Below, in pieces: positions 19,180 to 27,139 of a stretch of 32,000 bases of DNA (the first letter of the stretch is position 1; every line of letters begins with the position of its first letter). Position numbers and translations under genes: made by a program. The notes below the pieces were generated by a model that saw only the letters and a list, made by a program, of their open reading frames with translations, searched no databases and was not told where the DNA came from. Source of the DNA: Candidatus Nitrosocosmicus agrestis (GTDB lineage: Archaea > Thermoproteota > Nitrososphaeria > Nitrososphaerales > Nitrososphaeraceae); NCBI RefSeq assembly GCF_008389435.1, contig NZ_VUYS01000007.1, forward strand, positions 54,391 through 86,390, given 5' to 3'.

Positions 19180-20007
19180 TTACTGAGGTCCAGGTAAATC
19201 ATTGGAGTTATTATTGTCATTGTCATTGTCATTGTCATTGTCATTGTTATCACCGGCAATTTTTCCATGGACATCATGTTCTTCATCGATACTATCTATC
19301 ACAAGTTTCTTTTGAGTAAAGGCGGCTGTCTCCGTAGAAATGGGTGAATCCAATATTTTTCGGATTTTTTCTGCTCGTATATTTCCAATACCAGGGATAC
19401 GGGCAAGTTCGGCTATCGATGCATTTAGCACGTTTCTTGGTGATTGAAATTTATCTAACAGCCTTGTAGCTACTTTAGTACCAACGCCAGGTAATGAGGT
19501 GAGGACATACAGTTGTTGAAGAAAGAATGGATTAGACTTTTTAATCTTTTTCAATAAAGGACCACTATCCTTGCTTCGAAATTGATTTGAAGTCAATAAT
19601 ACTAATAATTCTGCGGTATAAAAAATTGAATTAGTATATAAAACAGGTATTCGAAAATCAAGTGCGATCTTTATCAAGGTTTCGTATGCAACACGAAGTT
19701 TATCAACTATTAATTTAGAATCAGATTGAAAATCCTCCCTCGTATCTAGATCCGTCAAGTTTCCTTCAACAATAATTATGGGCTTGGCATAATGATTTAT
19801 CAAATCAGAACATTGAATAAATAATCTGCCATCGAAAACTGAACTGATCAAGTCATTTATGGTTTTTCTTTCTATGATTGTTTCTGAGGAAACAATGTAA
19901 TCGCCAACCAATAATTGTTTATAATCTACAAACACTCCCATTGATTTTAGTAATTCAGGAACTCGACTATTTCGCTCTCTTTCGTCAACAACTATTCTAA
20001 TAGTCAA
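19180..20007 (-). CDS. XPF/ERCC4-type nuclease, short archaeal form (nuclease plus HhH, no helicase) with a low-complexity acidic/Asn tail
   Basis: IRIVVDERERNSRVPELL, DYIVSSETIIERKTINDLISSVFDGRLF, tandem HhH LTSLPGVGTKVATRLLDKF / LARIPGIGNIRAEKIRKIL. Tail is GDNNDNDNDNDNDNNNSND. Confidence 0.9.
   Translation of the reverse strand: MTIRIVVDERERNSRVPELLKSMGVFVDYKQLLVGDYIVSSETIIERKTINDLISSVFDGRLFIQCSDLINHYAKPIIIVEGNLTDLDTREDFQSDSKLIVDKLRVAYETLIKIALDFRIPVLYTNSIFYTAELLVLLTSNQFRSKDSGPLLKKIKKSNPFFLQQLYVLTSLPGVGTKVATRLLDKFQSPRNVLNASIAELARIPGIGNIRAEKIRKILDSPISTETAAFTQKKLVIDSIDEEHDVHGKIAGDNNDNDNDNDNDNNNSNDLPGPQ
19209..19246 (-). repeat. Hexanucleotide (TGTCAT)n microsatellite inside the XPF-like gene tail
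   Basis: ttattattgtcattgtcattgtcattgtcattgtcattgttat encodes the (Asn-Asp)n run. Confidence 0.9.
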
Positions 20008-20037
20008 AATGATAGTAAAAAGAGGTCTTATCTTAAT

Positions 20038-20064
20038 TTATATTATATTATATTATATTATATA
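20038..20064. repeat. TATTA-type AT microsatellite
   Basis: ttatattatattatattatattatata, just upstream of the XPF-like gene start. Confidence 0.85.
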
Positions 20065-20498
20065 TTGGACATCATCATTTTAATTAAAGCTCAGTATCAT
20101 ATACTTATATTACCATTTTTTTAACCATTTATAGATTCAGACTTTGCTTGGATAAAGGTTTTTTTCAATAAAATTGTACTAATACTGCACCATATTCCAA
20201 AATTATATACAACTTCATACTATAGTAAATTGGGACATAAACGCTGTATGTGGATAGTATATCATGATTTTAACATGATAAAGGTTAATTTAATAAAAAT
20301 AAATGCGATTCTTAATTATCGTTGAACATCGATATATCAATTCAAGGTAACTTGTTAAATTTATAAAAGGAATGATATTTTACAAAATATTGCAATTCTT
20401 TTCATATTAATTAACAGTCCTATAAAGAACATGTTTATTCGACTATTGAACTAGTATGTTTTTATGTAATAATTGAATAGTATAATTTTAGACATGAG

Positions 20499-20732
20499 AT
20501 GAATCTAGAATTTGTCAAAGATTTGGATTTAGAAAATGTAAAAAAGATTAAAGAAAGACTTGAATGGTTTTATTTAAATTATGAATATTTTAAGAGATAT
20601 TATGTTGGAAAGCATGTAGCAATAAAAGATCAAAAAGTAATAGATTGTGACAGGAGCTTGGACACATTATTAGAGCGGTTACAAATAAGAGATTATAGAG
20701 ATTCTATTGCAATTGAGTTTGTTTATCCTTGA
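20499..20732 (+). CDS. Hypothetical small charged protein (77 aa)
   Basis: MNLEFVKDLDLENVKKIKERLEWFYLNYEYFKRYYVGKHVAIKDQKVIDCDRSLDTLLERLQIRDYRDSIAIEFVYP has protein-like composition. It resembles short DUF5678-like proteins, but I cannot confirm the family. Confidence 0.55.
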   Translation: MNLEFVKDLDLENVKKIKERLEWFYLNYEYFKRYYVGKHVAIKDQKVIDCDRSLDTLLERLQIRDYRDSIAIEFVYP

Positions 20733-20916
20733 TTTTGATTTTATGTATTCAATTGAATAAATACCCATGATGATATTCAATCATAATTTGAAATAATTTG
20801 ATATTTGAACGAATACTGACTACAATAATGCTTGTACGTGGGTACCAAAATACCTCATAAACCAAAAAAGGTATATCCTCTACACATGATAAAAAAATTA
20901 ATTGATCTACTAATTT

Positions 20917-21072
20917 TTAGTCTAATGCATCTCTTATCTTTACTTTAGCCTTGTTCAAAGTCTCTGAACTAGGCTTTCCTTCTGCATGATCTTTAGCTGT
21001 TTGGGCCTCTGCTTCAGCATCCTGAGATGCGTTTTTCATTTTCTTTGCTGCATCATCAATGATATCGGTCAT
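20917..21072 (-). CDS. Small charged helical protein (51 aa)
   Basis: Hand translation: MTDIIDDAAKKMKNASQDAEAEAQTAKDHAEGKPSSETLNKAKVKIRDALD*. Ala/Lys/Glu/Asp-rich, single-helix-like. Absent from the supplied track. Confidence 0.55.
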   Translation of the reverse strand: MTDIIDDAAKKMKNASQDAEAEAQTAKDHAEGKPSSETLNKAKVKIRDALD

Positions 21073-21145
21073 TGGTTATAGATATACAATATTCTTTATA
21101 AGACTAATAATAATTTGATGATATTAAATATTATATTAGTTAAAT

Positions 21146-21760
21146 TTGTTAGTGATTGACAATACTATTGAAAATAAACGTAAAACTCGATACAACATAA
21201 ATTCTATATTTATTGAAAGATGGTCGCCGCGAGCGATGACCGGTGAAAGCATAACAGATGAAACTTTGATGAGTCTATTTGAAGCTGCTAGATGGGCCCC
21301 GTCTTCTTTTAATAATCAACCGTGGAGATTTTTATTTGCCAAAAAAGATACTCCTAACTGGAACATATTTTTTAATTTATTAACAGAAGGAAATAGAGCA
21401 TGGGCAAAGAATGCTGCAGTATTAGTTGTAATTATATCACGGAAAAATTTCGAATATAACAAAAAGCCTTCAATAACACACCAATTTGATACCGGGGCTG
21501 CTTGGGAGAATTTAGCATTAGAAGCCAGTATTAAAGGAATAGTTGCGCATGGTATGCAGGGCTTTGATTATGATAAAGCTAGGAAGGATTTGGAAATACC
21601 ATCTGACTTTGATGTAATGGCTATGATTGCAATCGGCATAAGAGGATCACCAGAAAATTTACCACTCAATCTGCAAGAAAAGGAATTTCCTAATGATAGA
21701 AAAGAATTAGCTGAAATTGTGATGGAAGGCAGATATAGCAACAATAAGAATAATAAATGA
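21146..21760 (+). CDS. Nitroreductase-family protein
   Basis: IERWSPRAMTGESITDETLMSLFEAARWAPSSFNNQPWRFLFA and NLALEASIKGIVAHGMQGFD. TTG (21146) or GTG (21152) start. Confidence 0.87.
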   Translation: MLVIDNTIENKRKTRYNINSIFIERWSPRAMTGESITDETLMSLFEAARWAPSSFNNQPWRFLFAKKDTPNWNIFFNLLTEGNRAWAKNAAVLVVIISRKNFEYNKKPSITHQFDTGAAWENLALEASIKGIVAHGMQGFDYDKARKDLEIPSDFDVMAMIAIGIRGSPENLPLNLQEKEFPNDRKELAEIVMEGRYSNNKNNK

Positions 21761-21938
21761 CTTTTCTATTTTCAATAGGCTTTTGCAAAATAGATAAAAT
21801 GTTTTTTCATTCGATCCATCATTTACCAAAGCATTGTTTGTTAAACTCACCAAATCCACAGGATTGTAAAATGATTGACTTCGAACAAAATGGAGCTCAA
21901 ACTTATTATAACTTTAATAACATTGAATTTAAGAATCA

Positions 21939-22613
21939 TTGATTAGTAAATATCTGATATTTTCAGCAATAGTTTTGTGTGTATTTTGTATTTTGGCCTT
22001 GTGTCTGTCGCCATTATCCACGATGAGAAATAATGTATTGGAGAATTATGATAACATGCTCTTTATCTTTATTAATAACGCTCATTTGCAATTTCTAGAC
22101 AAAATAATGGTATACCTCACCCAATTCGGACGAGAAATATTTTGGGCATTAGTAATACTACTCTTATTCATATTTGGTAAAAGTACAGGGAGAAAAACAG
22201 CAATTATTTTATTCTTGTCAATCCTTGTTCTAATACCTATTGGAACCATGACTAAGGAAATTATACAAAGATTAAGACCAGTTATTCCTGAATCAGATTC
22301 TTTGCTGCCAGCAAGTCATGGATATTCTTTTCCTTCCGGTCATGCATTGATAGTTTCAGCTGGAGCAACAATTGCTTTAATACTATTAAGAGGATCAACT
22401 ATTAATTTATTCATAGGATTTGTCTTGACAATTGAGGCAGGTTTAGTTTGTTATTCACGTGTATATGTAGGCGGTCATTATCCGTTAGATATATTGGGTG
22501 GAATACTACTTGGGGTTGGAGTATCGCTTCTGTTCGTGAGCCAAGAGAAGAGAATAGAATATTTATATTTCAGGACTATAAAAATTTTTGATAAATCAAA
22601 AACTAAAAGCTAG
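21939..22613 (+). CDS. PAP2-family phosphatase, membrane protein
   Basis: PAP2 signature KEIIQRLRPV ... YSFPSGHA ... YSRVYVGGHYPLDILGG plus several hydrophobic helices. Confidence 0.9.
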   Translation: MISKYLIFSAIVLCVFCILALCLSPLSTMRNNVLENYDNMLFIFINNAHLQFLDKIMVYLTQFGREIFWALVILLLFIFGKSTGRKTAIILFLSILVLIPIGTMTKEIIQRLRPVIPESDSLLPASHGYSFPSGHALIVSAGATIALILLRGSTINLFIGFVLTIEAGLVCYSRVYVGGHYPLDILGGILLGVGVSLLFVSQEKRIEYLYFRTIKIFDKSKTKS

Positions 22614-22708
22614 TTTCGCATCTTCATAATACTTGTTAAAAAGCCATTAAACCATTATGAAAATTTAATTATAATTTATTTATATTAACAGGAAAAAGGG
22701 AAGTAAGT

Positions 22709-23107
22709 TTATGAGGGTTGGTTAAATTTATTACTACCAGATTGCGATGAACCTGACTGAGCCATGTGCATCATTTGATTAATCTTGTTCTCAACCTCTT
22801 TGAGATTTTCTTTCACTCTAGATTCTTGTTTTCCCAAAACAACAGTTCGGGTACTAGACAATTCTTTTTTCTCCTCCAATTCCTTCAGTAGATTGTCTTT
22901 GTCAGATTTAACCAGCAAAGGGCCTGCAAGTTTGTAGACAGCATCATCTGAGGTGGTTTTCTTTAATTCTTCCAATGCTCTTTCAGTTTCAGATATCTCC
23001 AATTCTACTTGTTGCTTTTGCATCATTATTGCTTGTAGATTTTGTTGCAACTGTTGTAATCTGGCTAGCTGCTCTTTTAGCCATGGAGGTAGCTCTTGTT
23101 CACTCAT
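22709..23107 (-). CDS. pfdB: Prefoldin subunit beta
   Basis: WLKEQLARLQQLQQNLQAIMMQKQQVELEISETERALEELKKTTSDDAVYKLAGPLLVKSDKDNLLKELEEKKE is a typical prefoldin beta coiled-coil/beta-hairpin sequence. Confidence 0.9.
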   Translation of the reverse strand: MSEQELPPWLKEQLARLQQLQQNLQAIMMQKQQVELEISETERALEELKKTTSDDAVYKLAGPLLVKSDKDNLLKELEEKKELSSTRTVVLGKQESRVKENLKEVENKINQMMHMAQSGSSQSGSNKFNQPS

Positions 23108-23159
23108 TATTTATACAGAATAACTAGGTATACACTAAGATAAAAATTATTACGATTAG

Positions 23160-23465
23160 TTAATCATTTTGATTATCAATTTGAATAACAGAAAACGACA
23201 AATCAACCAATCTCAAAAATGATAATAGGGTAGCCCTAAACTTAGATATATTGTTACCGGAAACATTCAAAATAATGCCATTATCTTCTATTAAAGTAGT
23301 AACCTTTGTATCAAAATCGGGAGTAGATTGTATGTCTCCTTGGAGAGCAATATATGCTGAATTTAGTTGTTTTTCAGCTCTTTCTCTATGTTCTTTTAAA
23401 AAATCCGAATTAATACTTTGATTAAACTTAAAATAAATATGGATTTTAGCCCTGTAGCTTTCCAA
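23160..23465 (-). CDS. Pcc1-like protein (KEOPS Pcc1 subunit candidate)
   Basis: 101 aa; C-terminal NISKFRATLLSFLRLVDLSFSVI resembles Pcc1/CTAG-like proteins, and the position between rpl37ae and prefoldin beta fits archaeal gene order. TTG start overlaps the end of rpl37ae. Confidence 0.6.
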   Translation of the reverse strand: MESYRAKIHIYFKFNQSINSDFLKEHRERAEKQLNSAYIALQGDIQSTPDFDTKVTTLIEDNGIILNVSGNNISKFRATLLSFLRLVDLSFSVIQIDNQND

Positions 23466-23685
23466 GATTTATATCGTAGGCACCTGCAGCAACTTTGTAT
23501 TCACATTTGTTGCACTGCCAAATTCCTATGGCCACCCGTCGGAATTTTAGTGAAGTACAGTTTGGACATCTTCTTTTTTGTTTTAAAGTACGATAGACTT
23601 TACCATATCTTTTTCGTACCGTAGCACCAAACTTTACACCTAGTCCTTTTAGTGCTGTTGAACCCTTTCTTCTTTTAACCGCTAT
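23446..23685 (-). CDS. rpl37ae: 50S ribosomal protein L37Ae, apparent non-canonical AUA start
   Basis: Hand translation: (M)AVKRRKGSTALKGLGVKFGATVRKRYGKVYRTLKQKRRCPNCTSLKFRRVAIGIWQCNKCEYKVAAGAYDINLGKLQG*. CPNC...CNKC zinc finger. The codon before the ATA is an in-frame TGA, and a GGAG motif lies 4 nt upstream. Confidence 0.88.
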   Translation of the reverse strand: MAVKRRKGSTALKGLGVKFGATVRKRYGKVYRTLKQKRRCPNCTSLKFRRVAIGIWQCNKCEYKVAAGAYDINLGKLQG

Positions 23686-24496
23686 TCAACTCCTTTATTT
23701 TAGAGCGGATTTCCTCTCCTTTAATTCTTGCTATTTCAGAAAACTCAACTATCTGATTAATGGAGAATGGCCCAGTAAATCCCTTTTGTACCGCTACAAT
23801 GCTTCCGTCTGATTGTGTAGTCATGGTTATTCGTGCATCCATACAAGCTTCTTCTTCTGTTGTAGGATCAATTAGAACGGATTCCCCTATTTTTACAGCA
23901 GTGATTGAAATGGGGATCGTAGTAATTGGAGGGGGCATTGTTTTACCAGTATTCACCACTTTATCTTCCTGAATTTCATATACGGGGAATTTACTAGTCA
24001 ATAAAGCTGCCACCACCGCATATGAAGTTGCATCAAGCAGATTGCCATCACTATTTATAATGCTGCAGTCAACGAAAACGGTGTAAACTGTCTTGCCAGG
24101 AATCAGTGCTAATTTATCCAAATCAAGCATCTCAGACTCTCGTATTCCTCTATCAACGACTCTTGACAATTCTATTGCATCTTCATCAGGAGGTCCAGGT
24201 TCAACGTGGGGAGAGGCAGTTGGCAAAACTTCTGCGGACATGATTAGTGCTCCTTTATTCTCTAATCCTTCAAATGGTTCTCCTGTTTCAACTTTAACAC
24301 CTGCTATAACTTCTGTGTTTCCAAGCTTGACCTTTGCAGAACCTGAGGCTTTATCTATTATTCCAACTTCAATTTCTAAGTTTCTATATAAATCGTAATC
24401 TCGTCCATCCAATCTTTTTCCGCGTGATAATGCTTCTAGCATTTGTTGTTTTCGTAGTTGTTCTACGATTATTGTGGAACGCTTTGAGGAACTCAT
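23675..24496 (-). CDS. rrp42: Archaeal exosome subunit Rrp42 (RNase PH-like)
   Basis: RGKRLDGRDYDLYRNLEIEVGIIDKASGSAKVKLGNTEVIAGVKVE and AIELSRVVDRGIRES; directly downstream of rrp41. Confidence 0.94.
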   Translation of the reverse strand: MSSSKRSTIIVEQLRKQQMLEALSRGKRLDGRDYDLYRNLEIEVGIIDKASGSAKVKLGNTEVIAGVKVETGEPFEGLENKGALIMSAEVLPTASPHVEPGPPDEDAIELSRVVDRGIRESEMLDLDKLALIPGKTVYTVFVDCSIINSDGNLLDATSYAVVAALLTSKFPVYEIQEDKVVNTGKTMPPPITTIPISITAVKIGESVLIDPTTEEEACMDARITMTTQSDGSIVAVQKGFTGPFSINQIVEFSEIARIKGEEIRSKIKELNSG

Positions 24497-25239
24497 GCTT
24501 CTTCTTTCAACTCCATTTCATTTCCAAAATATTTTTTCATTAATGCATCTTTTTGTATTTCATATACTGCTTTGCATCCTGTTATGGCTTTGTTTAAGCA
24601 TTCATTGAATTGAGTAGTTGTGAGTTTGCCATCTAGTTGAAGCAATGTAACTTGTTCTAGATTTGGCATGTAAGCAACAGGCATATCTGCATCACCTTCT
24701 TTATCTTCCAAGTCATTGACATCTAATACTATATTATCGGCTATTCTTCCTGCTGCACATGCAGAAACCAAATCTCGCATGTTAATTCCAGCGTCTGCTA
24801 ATGCTACAGATGCAGCATTAATACCAGCACACCTAGATCCTCCGTCTGCTTGTAGAACTTCAACAAATACATCTATTACCGCGCGTGGATAGTCACTTAA
24901 TATTAATGATGGTTCTAATGATTCACGCATTACTTTTGATATTTCCACTTCCCTTCGAGATGGGGCAGGATTTTTTCTTGTATCGGTAGAAAATGGAGAC
25001 ATGTGATATCTACATCTTAGAACACATCTATCTGGCAGTGCCATGTGTTTTGGATGAACCTCTCGTGGTCCATATACTGCTACTATTATCTTATTCTTTC
25101 CGAATTCTATAAAGGCTGACCCATCGGCATTTTTCACCACACCGACTGTAATTTTGATAGAGCGTAAATCATTGATTCCTCTACCATCGGATCTTATTCC
25201 GTTTTCATCCAATAATGTTAATTCTTTCAAACTATACAC
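24493..25239 (-). CDS. rrp41: Archaeal exosome catalytic subunit Rrp41
   Basis: GIRSDGRGINDLRSIKITVGVVKNADGSAFIEFGKNKIIVAVYGPREVHPKH, RCRYHMSPFS, QADGGSRCAGINAASVALADAGI. Confidence 0.96.
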   Translation of the reverse strand: MYSLKELTLLDENGIRSDGRGINDLRSIKITVGVVKNADGSAFIEFGKNKIIVAVYGPREVHPKHMALPDRCVLRCRYHMSPFSTDTRKNPAPSRREVEISKVMRESLEPSLILSDYPRAVIDVFVEVLQADGGSRCAGINAASVALADAGINMRDLVSACAAGRIADNIVLDVNDLEDKEGDADMPVAYMPNLEQVTLLQLDGKLTTTQFNECLNKAITGCKAVYEIQKDALMKKYFGNEMELKEEA

Positions 25240-25250
25240 ATCCTACTTGA

Positions 25251-26333
25251 TCACTCTTGTTTTTTTTCCTTTTGATCGTCATTGCTATTACTGTTTGATG
25301 ATTTCTCAGAATTTTCAATCTTGTGTTTTTCTTTGGTACTAGAACTCGTTTTGACGCTGTTTGACGTAGTTTGTGAGGATTCAGCACTTGCTTGTGGGGG
25401 TTCTGGTTGTGGTTGAGAAGATGTTGTTTGTGGGGTTGATTCAGCACTTGCTTGTGGGGGTTCTGGTTGTGGTTGAGAAGATGTTGTTTGTGGGGTTGAT
25501 TCAGCACTTGCTTGTGGGGGTTCTGGTTGTGGTTGAGAAGATGTTGTTTGTGGGGTTGATTCAGCACTTGCTTGTGGGGGTTCTGGTTCTTGAATTCCGC
25601 CCCCAGATGCTGATGAAGATGATGCTTCGACAGCTTCTGACTGTTCTTGATCTTCTGGATCTTGAACATTTAGCAAAGTCTTGACTCTTTGCGTAAGATT
25701 GGTAGTGTGAGATTCCTCTTCTACCAATCTAATCGCCTTTGCAGCCAAACTCAGCCCTTCAGGATCTCTACCAGTAACGACTACTATACCATTTTGACCT
25801 ATTATTACTCTTGTTTGAGTGGCTTGTTCTATGGTTTGAATCATAGAACCTCGTTTACCTATCAGGCGAGGGACGCGAGTAGGAGATATTTTTATAAATT
25901 CACCATATGGAATTTTCCCCAAGTCTTTATCTTGCACTGTAAGCATTGGGTCTCGTGTTCGATCAAACGATACAATTCTTGCAATAATTAAGTCACCAAT
26001 GCCCAATTGTCTTCCCATATCATCCTTTGCCGGAGAAAAATCTCTTCCAAATACATCCTGAGCAGGCAGATGTGCTAGGAAACATGCGTTTATGTCAACA
26101 TCCCATGATAAAGATGAACGATCAATAACCTTACCTATTACCAAATCGTTAACACGAGGAATGTAAACGCCTGACAGAGGTATTACTTTAACACCATCTT
26201 TGCCTGCCTCAGCTATTCCAACTCTTGTTGAAATCAAATAATTACCACTTTTAACAACATTCATTAAAGGTTTATAATTACCTTCGATAATTTTATCGCC
26301 AGGTATAACATACCTCCTCTTGATTTCTTGCAT
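25251..26333 (-). CDS. rrp4: Archaeal exosome subunit Rrp4 (S1/KH) with a repetitive Pro/Gln/Ser/Thr-rich C-terminal extension
   Basis: RRYVIPGDKI, S1-like GDLIIARIVSFDRTRDPMLTVQDKDLGKIPYGEFIKISPTRVPRLIGKRGSMIQTIEQAT, KH-like VIIGQNGIVVVTGRDP; tail with tandem TPQTTSSQPQPEPPQASAES units. Confidence 0.94.
   Translation of the reverse strand: MQEIKRRYVIPGDKIIEGNYKPLMNVVKSGNYLISTRVGIAEAGKDGVKVIPLSGVYIPRVNDLVIGKVIDRSSLSWDVDINACFLAHLPAQDVFGRDFSPAKDDMGRQLGIGDLIIARIVSFDRTRDPMLTVQDKDLGKIPYGEFIKISPTRVPRLIGKRGSMIQTIEQATQTRVIIGQNGIVVVTGRDPEGLSLAAKAIRLVEEESHTTNLTQRVKTLLNVQDPEDQEQSEAVEASSSSASGGGIQEPEPPQASAESTPQTTSSQPQPEPPQASAESTPQTTSSQPQPEPPQASAESTPQTTSSQPQPEPPQASAESSQTTSNSVKTSSSTKEKHKIENSEKSSNSNSNDDQKEKKQE
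25381..25587 (-). repeat. 60-bp tandem repeat in rrp4, three identical copies plus a ~27-nt partial copy
   Basis: tcagcacttgcttgtgggggttctggttgtggttgagaagatgttgtttgtggggttgat occurs at 25381, 25441 and 25501 without differences, with a partial copy at 25561. Confidence 0.97.
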
Positions 26334-26452
26334 GTTAGAGATTGTCTACCTCCAAAAACAAAACACATGTAAACTGAAATGTTTTCATACTTTTATTTCT
26401 AAATATCTAGAATTTGTTCTATAATATATTCTGTAAGTAGTATAGCAGATAG

Positions 26453-27139
26453 TTATTCCTTTACTTGTGCTGTACCTTTGGTCAAGGACCCTATTCGATC
26501 CAAAAAGCTTCCTTTCATGCCAGAGTTTAATTCAATTTCGACTTTTAGTGAACCGTCAGAGAGCCACTCTTCAGACTTTAGTGCTCCTGAACTCTTTATG
26601 AAACTATAACTTGCTGAAGCATAGGAATTTGGTACAAGTATCGCCATGTGTGACATCTCTGATTTTAACGGAAGAATTTTTCTGAGAGCATCTACCACTG
26701 ATTTTACTTGATCTTCAGGCTTTTTAAATGGATCAATTGTTACTCGCACATCTTCAAGAGCATTCTCTATACGTTGAATTGGATGGGGCAGTTTGGTTTT
26801 CGGGTCTATAAAGTTCTTGTTTATATACTGAATTATTTGTTTGCGTTTGTCATCCACCATTTTACGACGTTGATCGGTGGTAAGATTTAGTTCGCCTTTA
26901 AGAAGAATTTGTTTTAAAATTTCATTGTTATCCTTAGTTTTAAAGTGTTTATTTAGTTTTTCAATACTTGCTCTGGAACCTTTATTGGCATCCGAATAAA
27001 CTTCGTCTGAAACTAAGACAGAAGATAAATCATTTCTTTTACCTATTTTGAATTCTAATGCCGGATCAGGTTTAACCAAGATTTCATAGCGGTCATTTCC
27101 AACAACCAATTTTACAATTGTAACTTTGGAATCAGCCAT
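26453..27139 (-). CDS. SBDS-family ribosome maturation protein
   Basis: ILVKPDPALEFKIGKR, VLVSDEVYSDANKGSRASIEKLNKHFKT, QRRKMVDDKRKQIIQYINKNFIDPKTKLPHPIQRIENAL. Upstream of rrp4 as in other archaea. Confidence 0.94.
   Translation of the reverse strand: MADSKVTIVKLVVGNDRYEILVKPDPALEFKIGKRNDLSSVLVSDEVYSDANKGSRASIEKLNKHFKTKDNNEILKQILLKGELNLTTDQRRKMVDDKRKQIIQYINKNFIDPKTKLPHPIQRIENALEDVRVTIDPFKKPEDQVKSVVDALRKILPLKSEMSHMAILVPNSYASASYSFIKSSGALKSEEWLSDGSLKVEIELNSGMKGSFLDRIGSLTKGTAQVKE

Noticed and set aside
21757-21942. 61-aa ORF MTFLFSIGFCKIDKMFFHSIHHLPKHCLLNSPNPQ...
   Set aside because: It sits between the nitroreductase and PAP2 genes with 4-nt overlaps on both sides, but the composition is not protein-like and I see no recognisable motif. 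Translation here is possible but unsupported.
23418-23624. Plus-strand 68-aa ORF across rpl37ae
   Set aside because: Opposite-strand shadow of the L37Ae gene, which has clear homology-type sequence and CxxC motifs.
25381-25587. Possible CRISPR-like array
   Set aside because: The 60-bp units are directly adjacent with no variable spacers and are in frame within rrp4, so this is a coding minisatellite.
25232-25684. ORFs 25232..25669 (-) and 25373..25684 (+) with striking NQNPHKQVLNQPHKQHLL and LLVGVLVVVEKMLFVGLIQH repeats
   Set aside because: They are out-of-frame and antisense readings of the 60-bp repeat within rrp4, not separate genes.
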